From positions 17,399 to 81,398 of the forward strand of contig CAMOFK010000004.1 of the NCBI GenBank assembly GCA_946613265.1: a stretch of DNA of 64,000 bases. The letters are read 5' to 3'. The stretch comes from an uncultured Verrucomicrobiota bacterium (GTDB lineage Bacteria; Verrucomicrobiota; Kiritimatiellia; RFP12; UBA1067). This document shows positions 19,266-26,745 of the stretch, piece after piece (position 1 is the stretch's first letter; every line of letters begins with the position of its first letter). A program made the translations under genes and the position numbers. Below the pieces are notes generated by a model. It searched no databases. It was not told the DNA's origin and saw nothing but the letters and a program-made list of their open reading frames with translations.

Positions 19266-20965
19266 TGATTGTCAAGATGAAGCATCTCGACCTCGTCTGC
19301 GTTGAAAGCGAGGCGGAAGAAACGCTGGAAAAGCTGCGCGCCTTCGGCGCCGTGCATCTCGATCTCGCGGCGGCGAAAGGCGCGGAAGTCGCCGAAGCCA
19401 AAGGCGAAGCCGCCGACGCCGAGCGCGCCGTGCGCCTCATTCTCAAAGCGCGCGAAGGAAAGGATTACGCGGCTTCGCTGCAGAAGCTGCCGTGCGAAAC
19501 TTCGTCGATCCTCGAAGCCGCCGCGAAGCGCGACGACCTCATGGCGCGCGCCGCCGCGCTCGAAAAGAGCCTGCGCCTCTACGCGCCGTACGGGGATTTC
19601 GATCCCGCGCTCGCGCGCAAGCTCGCCGATTCCGGAGTTTTCCTGCGTCTCAAGAAGGACGGCACGTATTTCATCAGCTGCGACGCCGATGCCGTCGATA
19701 AAAGCGACCGCGTTCCGCTGCCGGAGAAGAGCCTAGGCGAAATGCGCGAGGAATACGACCGCATCGCCGCCGACGTGCTCGCGATAGATTCGCGCCTCGC
19801 CGCAAGCGACGAAGATTCGATCATCTCCGCCTTCCCGGCGATCGCCGACAAGATCGCCTTCAGCGCGGCCAAGGAGCTGATCGCGCGCCGCGGGCCTCTC
19901 GCCTCCATCGCAGGCTGGATTCCCGCGCCGAAGCTCGCCGCGCTCGAAGCCGCCGCGAAAGAGAATTCGTGGGGATGGCTGGCGCGCGATCCGGAGCCGG
20001 GCGAAACCCCGCCCACGCTGATCGAGCCGCCGCGCTTTTTCCGTCCGGTGAAAGCGCTTTTCGACGGGCTGGGGATCGCGCCGGCATATACCGAAGCCGA
20101 CGTCTCCGTGCCCTTCATGTGCTACTTCTCCATATTCTTCGCGATGCTGGTGGGCGATGGCGCGTATGGCGCGATCTTCCTCGCCGCCACGCTGTTCGGC
20201 TGGAAGAAGTACGCGAGCGCGGAGAAGAAGAACCCCGTCGCGCGCAGCTGGCTCGTGCTGATGAGCGTATTCTCCTGCGCGACGATCGCGTGGGGATTGC
20301 TCTCGAACACATGGTTCGGCGCCGCCATCCCCGCGTGCAAGGATTGGCCGACGGTCGAATGGCTGGCAGATCCGAGCTACAAGAACATGATGCTGCTGTG
20401 CTTCACGATCGGCGCTTCGCACCTCGTGCTGGCGCGCCTCTGGAACGCGGTCTGCCGCTTCCCGGACACGACGGCGCTAGCGGAGCTGGGGTGGGCGGGC
20501 GTCCTCGTGCTCATGTATCTCGTGACGAACTCGATCGTCGGGATTTTCCCCGGCGTGCCGCAGTGGGGGATGGTCGTAGGCGCGGTCTCCATCGCGCTCG
20601 TCTTCCTCTTCACCGTGAAGCCGTCGGAATTGAAGACGCGCGGCGCCGAGCTTGGCATGCTGCCGCTCAATATAATGAGTGCGCTGGGCGACATAATCTC
20701 GTACGTGCGCCTGTTCGCGGTCGGCCTCGCATCCGTGAAAGTCGCGGAGAATTTCAACGCGATGGCGACGGGTCTTGATCTGCCGCTGTGGCTCAAGGTC
20801 GTCCCGATGGTCGCGATTCTCGTAGTCGGCCACGCGCTGAATCTGGCGATGGCCGGGCTGTCGATTCTCGTGCACGCGGTGCGTTTGAACACGCTGGAAT
20901 TCTCCAACCACAAGGGTGTTTCGTGGGCGGGCTACGCATTCAAGCCCTTCGCGAAAAACGCTTGA
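19265..20965 (+). CDS. ntpI: V-type ATP synthase subunit I (a-subunit)
   Basis: The ATG overlaps the D-subunit stop (TGATG). Soluble N-terminal half, then a C-terminal polytopic half with SYVRLFAVGLAS (conserved Arg region). Confidence 0.8.
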   Translation: MIVKMKHLDLVCVESEAEETLEKLRAFGAVHLDLAAAKGAEVAEAKGEAADAERAVRLILKAREGKDYAASLQKLPCETSSILEAAAKRDDLMARAAALEKSLRLYAPYGDFDPALARKLADSGVFLRLKKDGTYFISCDADAVDKSDRVPLPEKSLGEMREEYDRIAADVLAIDSRLAASDEDSIISAFPAIADKIAFSAAKELIARRGPLASIAGWIPAPKLAALEAAAKENSWGWLARDPEPGETPPTLIEPPRFFRPVKALFDGLGIAPAYTEADVSVPFMCYFSIFFAMLVGDGAYGAIFLAATLFGWKKYASAEKKNPVARSWLVLMSVFSCATIAWGLLSNTWFGAAIPACKDWPTVEWLADPSYKNMMLLCFTIGASHLVLARLWNAVCRFPDTTALAELGWAGVLVLMYLVTNSIVGIFPGVPQWGMVVGAVSIALVFLFTVKPSELKTRGAELGMLPLNIMSALGDIISYVRLFAVGLASVKVAENFNAMATGLDLPLWLKVVPMVAILVVGHALNLAMAGLSILVHAVRLNTLEFSNHKGVSWAGYAFKPFAKNA

Positions 20966-20997
20966 CTTCTCGACTACACCAAAGAAAGGAAAAAACA

Positions 20998-21456
20998 ATG
21001 AGTGATTCAGCAATGATCGTGGCGGGCGCGATTGCCTGTCTCGGACTGGCCGGCGCGGGCAGCGCGTTCGGCACGGGCTTCGCGGCCTCCGCGGCCGTAG
21101 GCGCATGGAAGAAATGCTATGCGGCGGGCAAGAGCGCACCGTTCCTACTGCTCTCGTTCGTCGGCGCGCCGATCACGCAGACGCTCTACGGAATGATTCT
21201 GATGTTCATCATGCTCGGCAAGGTCGGCAATGTCGCGCAAGGCTCCGGAGTGCCGGTGCTCGTGGCGGGAATCTTCGCTGGGCTGGCGATCGGGCTTTCC
21301 GCGCTCTTCCAGGGGCGTGCGGGTGCCGCCGCCTGCGACGCGCAGGCGGAGACGAACCAAGGCTTCACCAACTACCTCGCCGCGCTCGGCATCGTCGAGA
21401 CCGTCGCCATTTTCGCGATGGTGTTCGCGCTCATCGCGCTCGGCTCGATCAAGTAG
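20998..21456 (+). CDS. ntpK: V-type ATP synthase subunit K (proteolipid c-ring)
   Basis: 152 aa, four hydrophobic helices, Gly-rich GLAGAGSAFGTG, carboxylate in GIVETVAIFAMV. Confidence 0.8.
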   Translation: MSDSAMIVAGAIACLGLAGAGSAFGTGFAASAAVGAWKKCYAAGKSAPFLLLSFVGAPITQTLYGMILMFIMLGKVGNVAQGSGVPVLVAGIFAGLAIGLSALFQGRAGAAACDAQAETNQGFTNYLAALGIVETVAIFAMVFALIALGSIK

Positions 21457-21548
21457 GCTTCGCGCCTCCCGGAAAGGACATCGCGCATTCGTTCGCGGGG
21501 CGGCCGCGGCGTAAAGCCGTCCCCCGGTCCCGGATGCGCGGCGGCGAA

Positions 21549-21572
21549 GCGAGGCGGGCGCGCCCGCCTCGC
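21549..21572. repeat. Perfect 24-bp palindrome GCGAGGCGGGCG/CGCCCGCCTCGC
   Basis: Read directly from the sequence. Lies between ntpK (ends 21456) and the membrane protein gene (starts 21599). Confidence 0.7.
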
Positions 21573-21598
21573 GAATCCACTGAAAGCCACGGCCTCCA

Positions 21599-23230
21599 AT
21601 GCGTACGGTTTCGATATTCTTGGCGGTATTTGCCGCGCTCGCGTACTTCGTCTTCATGGGCACGTGGGCGCCGGGCGTCGTGCCCGTGATGCCGGATTGC
21701 GCGACCTCGTTCCCCGTCGATAGAATCGGCGACTGGATGGCGACATGGCGCGAGACGGGGAAATTCATTCCCGGCGATGTTATCGTGTTTCTCGGCTCGC
21801 CGTATTTCTGGGTGGAGCTGCAATACGCGCTCGCGGCGCTGATGGCCGCGTTCGGCCTGGCGTACTACTGCCGCGGACGCGGCCTTTCGCCTGTCGCCGC
21901 CTGCGGCGCGGGCTTGCTTCTCGCATTCTGCGGCTACTGGTTCAGCCTGTTCTCGGCCGGGCATCTCGGCTGGTTCCAGTGGATGACCTACGGCGTCTTC
22001 GCGTTCGGCCTCGCCGATCGCGCAGTCCGCAAATCCAAGGCGCGGCATTGGCTGCTGCTTGGCGCGTGCGTCGCGTGGGCGGGCTTCCACCAGCCGGATC
22101 TCTGGCTGATGTTCACGATCTTCACGGCCGCGTACTTCGTCTGGTGCTGCGTACGCGAACGCAAACTCCCGTCTTGGAAAGGCGTGCTGCTCGCCGCCGC
22201 CGCCTTCGCGATCATCGCCGCGCCTTCGCTGCGCGGCGCCGCCGCCGACAAGGCGCGCCGCGACAGCGACATAGCCGAAGCGAAAACCAGCGGCTCCGCG
22301 CTGACCGGCGGCGCGAACACCGCCGACGACGAAGCGCGCTGGATATTCGTGACCAACTGGTCGCTGCCGCCGCGCGAAACGCTCGAATTCCTCGTGCCGC
22401 GCATCAATGGCGATACGAGCTGCCCGATGGTTCTGGCGCTCGGCAAGGCCCAGAACACCGGCGTCAAACCATACACGGGCGCCCTGGGCAGGCCGATCGA
22501 AGCCAAGAGCGGCAACTACCGCCAGCATTCGCTCTATCTCGGTTTCGTGACGTGCCTTCTAGCGGCGCTGGGCATCGGCGCCGCCGCGCTCAAACCCTCG
22601 AGACGCGGCGAGCGCGCCGAGGCAATGTTCTTCCTGTGCGCCGGTCTGCTGTTCTGCCTGCTGTCGTTCGGCAGATACTTCGAGCCGCTCTACCGCCTGG
22701 TCTTCATGCTTCCCGTGGGCGACTCGATACGCGCGCCAGTCAAATGGCACCACCTCACCGAACTTTGCGTATGCGTACTCGCGGCGTACGGCATCGACGC
22801 TCTGCGCCGCATGCTGGAAAAACGCTTCAGCGCGAAAACCGCCGCTATCGCCGCCGCCGCTGTCGCCGTGGCGGGCGCCGTGGATCTCGCGAGGATCGAC
22901 AGGCTCTACTGCGCCGCGCATTCCGCCGACACCGTCGTCGCCCCCCTTCCGCAGCCTATACCGGAAGAACCGGCGGCCGCGCGCCGCTTCTACCGCGCAG
23001 TCGCTTCCAACGGCCTGAAGGCCGCAGGCACAAGCCGCATGAATTTCCGCACGCCCACGGGAGAAATCCGCGAAATGGATGTGCTGATGGTGGAGCAGAA
23101 GGCGCCGCGCCCGTCCACGCACGTCCCGAGCAAACCCCTCGCGGGGCTTCCGCTCTTCCTGGCGATTTTCTCGGCGGTCGCGACGCTCGCGACACTCGCG
23201 CTCGCCCCCTGGTGCAAACAGAAAATCTAA
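21599..23230 (+). CDS. Large polytopic membrane protein (YfhO/GT-C-like glycosyltransferase fold suspected)
   Basis: 543 aa, at least 10 hydrophobic segments with a central loop. No motif I can assign firmly. Confidence 0.35.
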   Translation: MRTVSIFLAVFAALAYFVFMGTWAPGVVPVMPDCATSFPVDRIGDWMATWRETGKFIPGDVIVFLGSPYFWVELQYALAALMAAFGLAYYCRGRGLSPVAACGAGLLLAFCGYWFSLFSAGHLGWFQWMTYGVFAFGLADRAVRKSKARHWLLLGACVAWAGFHQPDLWLMFTIFTAAYFVWCCVRERKLPSWKGVLLAAAAFAIIAAPSLRGAAADKARRDSDIAEAKTSGSALTGGANTADDEARWIFVTNWSLPPRETLEFLVPRINGDTSCPMVLALGKAQNTGVKPYTGALGRPIEAKSGNYRQHSLYLGFVTCLLAALGIGAAALKPSRRGERAEAMFFLCAGLLFCLLSFGRYFEPLYRLVFMLPVGDSIRAPVKWHHLTELCVCVLAAYGIDALRRMLEKRFSAKTAAIAAAAVAVAGAVDLARIDRLYCAAHSADTVVAPLPQPIPEEPAAARRFYRAVASNGLKAAGTSRMNFRTPTGEIREMDVLMVEQKAPRPSTHVPSKPLAGLPLFLAIFSAVATLATLALAPWCKQKI

Positions 23231-23243
23231 CCGGCAGGCTATT

Positions 23244-23636
23244 ATGGACAAATTCTGCGCAGCCGTCGCCGATGTACTGGAAGTCGAAACCGTCACGCCG
23301 GAAACACGTTTCCGCGAAATCGACGGCTGGTGCTCGCTTATGGGCTTCGGGCTTCTCGTCATGATGGAAAACGATTTCCATGCGCCAATAACGATAGACG
23401 AATTCCTGTCATTCTCGACCGTCCGCGATCTCTACCGCGTCGCCTTCACGGCGTTCGCCGCGCAAGTCTTCGGCGTGGACAAAGACGCGCTTGCCGGCGC
23501 GTCGTATGGCTCCATCGAGCAGTGGGACTCCGTGAACCACCTCAGACTGGTTATGGAAGCCGAGCAGCGCTTCGGTCTTTCCTACTCTATCGAGCGCATC
23601 CCTGAGATGAAAACGCTCGACGACTTCCTCCCGTGA
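23244..23636 (+). CDS. Tandem (di-domain) acyl/peptidyl carrier protein-like protein
   Basis: Two ~65-aa halves. The second has the classic WDSVNHLRLVMEAEQRFG phosphopantetheine-Ser context; the first has a divergent GWCSLMGFGLLVMMENDF. Confidence 0.55.
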   Translation: MDKFCAAVADVLEVETVTPETRFREIDGWCSLMGFGLLVMMENDFHAPITIDEFLSFSTVRDLYRVAFTAFAAQVFGVDKDALAGASYGSIEQWDSVNHLRLVMEAEQRFGLSYSIERIPEMKTLDDFLP

Positions 23637-23732
23637 GCCTCCCATCTCGCCTAGACCGGCGCTTATGCCGCGATAGTTGCGAGGAAAACACCTCCCAATC
23701 CAAATTCTGCCACTTTCCTGGTCGCCGCGTCC

Positions 23733-23756
23733 CGCCCTCCCGGGCGATTTTGTTTG
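23733..23756 (+). terminator. Rho-independent terminator candidate after the carrier-protein gene
   Basis: CGCCC-TCCC-GGGCG hairpin followed by ATTTTGTTTG. Confidence 0.5.
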
Positions 23757-23777
23757 CGCGCGGTGTCGCCCCCTCTG

Positions 23778-23963
23778 GCGACTGGAGTCGCCCGCCCTCG
23801 CGACTAGAGTCGCCCGCTCTCACGACTGGAGTCGCCCGCTCTCGCGACTGGAGTCGCCCGCTCTCGCGACTGGAGTCGCCTTCTCTTGCGACTGGAGTCG
23901 CCTCTCCTCGCGACTGGAGTCGCCTTCTCTCGCGACTGGAGTCGCTTGGCCTCGCGACTGGAG
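23778..23963 (+). repeat. Tandem array of 8 full units plus 1 truncated unit, exact 22-bp period, invariant palindromic core GCGACTGGAGTCGCC with a variable pyrimidine-rich linker
   Basis: Units start at 23778, 23800, 23822, 23844, 23866, 23888, 23910, 23932 and 23954. The only core variants are TAGA in unit 2 and ACGACT in unit 3. Confidence 0.95.
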
Positions 23964-23966
23964 CAT

Positions 23967-24020
23967 CGGGAGGGACGCGCTCCCGCGCGTCCGCGGTCGT
24001 GCGGGAGCGCGTCCCTCCCG
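23967..24020 (+). repeat. Perfect 20-bp-stem hairpin (CGGGAGGGACGCGCTCCCGC / GCGGGAGCGCGTCCCTCCCG) with a 14-nt loop
   Basis: Arms at 23967-23986 and 24001-24020. An alternative 8-bp hairpin GGACGCGC-TCCC-GCGCGTCC (23973-23992) competes with it. No U-tract follows. Confidence 0.9.
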
Positions 24021-24089
24021 TATCGCGGTCGCGGAAAGCCCGGAAGCCTGGGAAGCTGTCGGCAGCGCTAAGCGTGTTTCATCCAAATA

Positions 24090-24098
24090 TGGTATAAT
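24090..24098 (+). promoter_or_regulatory. Extended -10 promoter TGGTATAAT, 7 nt upstream of the clpC ATG (likely leaderless)
   Basis: TGG TATAAT, spacer ATCCCAC, ATG at 24106. Confidence 0.5.
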
Positions 24099-24105
24099 AT
24101 CCCAC

Positions 24106-26568
24106 ATGATTTTCACGAAGAATGGTTTGGATGCAATGAACGCCGCGGAGAGCTGCGCGCGGCAGCTCGGCCACGACCACATAGGCTCGGAGCATATATT
24201 CCTGTCGATACTGGCGATTGCGCAATGCGAGGCCTCGCAGAGGCTTGTGAGACTCGGCCTGGAGCTTGACGAGCTGGCGGAGACGATGCGCATGATGATA
24301 ACCGGGGATTCGCAGAACGTCCTGCAGCGCGGCAAGCTCCCGATGTCGGCGCGCACGCGCAAAGTGCTGGAGATCGCGCAAATCGAAGCGGGGCCGAATC
24401 AGCCTGTTGGCACCGTGCATCTCGTGCTGGGGATGTTGCGCGAGGCCGAAAACGCCCCTTCCCAGCTCCTCTTCAACGCCGGGATAAGCGTGGATAAATT
24501 CCGCGCCGCGGCGGCCGCCCCGGCAGCCGCAGAGGACGACGAAGAAGAAGAGGAAACTCCGGAAAACAACGCCGGCAATCAAGCCGGCGGCGAGCAGGGC
24601 GCGCAGGAAGAAGGCAAAAGCGCAAGGGATCGCAAGACGCCGACAATCAACGCTTTCGGGCGGGATTTGACGGAATTGGCGCGCCAAGGAAAGCTCGACC
24701 CGGTGATCGGGCGCGACAACGAGCTGAAGCGGGTCGTGCAAATCCTCTCGCGGCGCACGAAAAACAACGCCGTGCTGATCGGCGAGGCGGGCGTCGGCAA
24801 GACGGCCATCGCTGAAGCGCTGGCGCAGGCCATCCACGCCGGCAGAGTCCCGGAGAAGATGCAGCAAAAGCGCGTGGTCGCGCTCGACATGGCGCGCGTC
24901 GTGGCCGGCACGCAATACCGCGGGCAGTTCGAAGAACGCCTCAAGAGAATAATTGACGAGACAAAGCGCAACGGCGACATAATTCTCTTCCTCGACGAAA
25001 TCCACACGATGGTGGGCGCGGGCGGTTCGGAAGGCGCGATGGACGCGGCGAACATCCTCAAGCCGGCGCTGGCGCGCGGCGAGCTGCAGTGCATCGGCGC
25101 GACGACTTTGAATGAGTATCACAAGTCGATAGAGAAGGATGCCGCGCTCGAGCGCCGCTTCCAGTCCGTGCAGATCGACGAGCCGGACATCGACGCGACG
25201 GTGGAAATCCTCCGCGGCATAGCGCCGAAATACTCCGAACACCACGGCGTGGAATTCCCGGAGCCGGCGCTGCGCGCCGCCGTCGAACTCACGGCGCGCT
25301 ATCTCACGGGACGCCAGCTTCCCGACAAGGCGATAGACGCGCTCGACGAGACGGGCTCGCGCCTGCGCATGGCCGCAAGCGCGCGTCCGCGCCGTCTCAA
25401 CGCGATGCAAGAGGAGATCGACACCCTGCGCGGACTCAAAGACGCCGCAGTCAAGGCGGGGGATTTCGACGAAGCCGCGAAACACCGCGAAGAGATACGC
25501 GAGAAATCGGCGGCTTTCGCCGACGCGATGAAGAAATGGCGCGCCAAGAACGACGAAGCGCGCATCACGGCGACCGCCGACGACATCGCCGCGACGGTAA
25601 GCTCGATGAGCGGCGTGCCCGTCGAGCGGATGAACGCCGCGACGGCGGAAAAGCTCCTCGCGCTCGAAAGCTCGCTGGGCGAAGTCGTCGTCGGCCAAGC
25701 CGACGGCATACGCGCGATAGCGCGCGCCCTGCGCAGATCGCGCGCGTTCCTCTCCGATCCATCGCGGCCGATCGGCTCGTTTCTTTTCCTCGGTCCTACG
25801 GGAGTCGGCAAGACGCATCTGGCGAAAATGCTTGCCGAGCGCGTCTATGGCGACGAGAAGGCGTTGATCACGCTCGACATGAGCGAATACCAGGAAAAGT
25901 ATTCGTCCTCGCGGCTTGTCGGCGCGCCGCCCGGCTACGTCGGCTACTCTGAAGGCGGCCAGCTCACCGAAAAAGTCCGCCGCCGCCCGTATTCCGTGAT
26001 ACTTTTCGACGAATTCGAAAAGGCCAACGCCGACGTCTGCAACATGCTTCTGCAGATACTCGACGACGGCCGCCTCACGGACGGCCAGGGCAGAGTCATC
26101 GACTTCCGCAACACCATCATAATCTGCACCGCCAATCTCGGTTTCGATTTCGCCCGCGAAGGCCACCGGCTGGGCTTCGCGACGGAAAACGCCGCCACCA
26201 GCCACGACGTCCTGAAAGAAAAGCTGATGGACGAAGCAAAGCGCACGTTCCGCCCGGAGCTTCTCAACCGCTTCGACGAAATCGTAGTCTTCCGCAAGCT
26301 TGAAAAGGCGGATGTGGCCGCTATACTGAAACTTGAGCTTGCCAAGCTCCAGACGAGGCTGAAAAACGTAAAAATTTCGCTTTCGCTGGACGAAGAGGCG
26401 GAGAACTTCCTGGTCGAAAAGGGTCTGGATCCCGCGCTTGGCGCGCGTCCGCTGCGCCGCGTGGTGCAGGAATACATCGCCGATCCGCTCGCCGATCTCG
26501 TACTGGCGGGCAAAGCGAAAGAACGCATGCGCGCGAAGCTCAAAAACGGCACGCTGTCGATTTCCTGA
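24106..26568 (+). CDS. clpC: ATP-dependent Clp protease ATP-binding subunit ClpC (class I Clp/Hsp100)
   Basis: Clp_N repeats, Walker A motifs GEAGVGKTAIAEALA and GPTGVGKTHLAKMLA, UVR-like linker (LKDAAVKAGDFDEAAKHREEI). Start at the ATG at 24106; the tracked ORF from 23677 reads through the non-coding repeat. Confidence 0.85.
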   Translation: MIFTKNGLDAMNAAESCARQLGHDHIGSEHIFLSILAIAQCEASQRLVRLGLELDELAETMRMMITGDSQNVLQRGKLPMSARTRKVLEIAQIEAGPNQPVGTVHLVLGMLREAENAPSQLLFNAGISVDKFRAAAAAPAAAEDDEEEEETPENNAGNQAGGEQGAQEEGKSARDRKTPTINAFGRDLTELARQGKLDPVIGRDNELKRVVQILSRRTKNNAVLIGEAGVGKTAIAEALAQAIHAGRVPEKMQQKRVVALDMARVVAGTQYRGQFEERLKRIIDETKRNGDIILFLDEIHTMVGAGGSEGAMDAANILKPALARGELQCIGATTLNEYHKSIEKDAALERRFQSVQIDEPDIDATVEILRGIAPKYSEHHGVEFPEPALRAAVELTARYLTGRQLPDKAIDALDETGSRLRMAASARPRRLNAMQEEIDTLRGLKDAAVKAGDFDEAAKHREEIREKSAAFADAMKKWRAKNDEARITATADDIAATVSSMSGVPVERMNAATAEKLLALESSLGEVVVGQADGIRAIARALRRSRAFLSDPSRPIGSFLFLGPTGVGKTHLAKMLAERVYGDEKALITLDMSEYQEKYSSSRLVGAPPGYVGYSEGGQLTEKVRRRPYSVILFDEFEKANADVCNMLLQILDDGRLTDGQGRVIDFRNTIIICTANLGFDFAREGHRLGFATENAATSHDVLKEKLMDEAKRTFRPELLNRFDEIVVFRKLEKADVAAILKLELAKLQTRLKNVKISLSLDEEAENFLVEKGLDPALGARPLRRVVQEYIADPLADLVLAGKAKERMRAKLKNGTLSIS

Positions 26569-26745
26569 AGGACGCTGCGAATTTAGATTTTCGTCTGCGG
26601 CGCGGCACGCCGCAAAAATGCAAATTCAAAGGAGGGGGCGGCAGACAATCGAATCCATCGCCGGACAACCGTGAAGCCTGCGCGGCGGAGCGGGGAACGC
26701 GACGACGGGCGAATGGACGCAACTTCTTCCGGACGGAGGGCGGAC

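Noticed and set aside
23778-23963. CRISPR array interpretation of the 22-bp repeats
   Set aside because: The units are directly abutting with only a 7-bp variable linker, so there are no spacers of 25-40 bp. No cas genes or leader are in the window.
23677-24105. N-terminal extension of the clpC ORF that translates the repeat array as reiterated 'SRLESPALATGVA' segments
   Set aside because: The repeat period is 22 bp, not a multiple of 3, so the apparent peptide repeat is a frame-cycling artefact. A TGGTATAAT promoter and a canonical Clp_N start (MIFTKNGLDAMNAAE...) occur at 24090-24106, downstream of a terminator and a 20-bp hairpin.
26596-26625. Hairpin TGCGGCG-CGGCA-CGCCGCA after clpC as a canonical rho-independent terminator
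   Set aside because: It is followed by an A-run rather than a T-run on the coding strand, so it does not fit the canonical model. It is left unannotated as merely one more GC hairpin.
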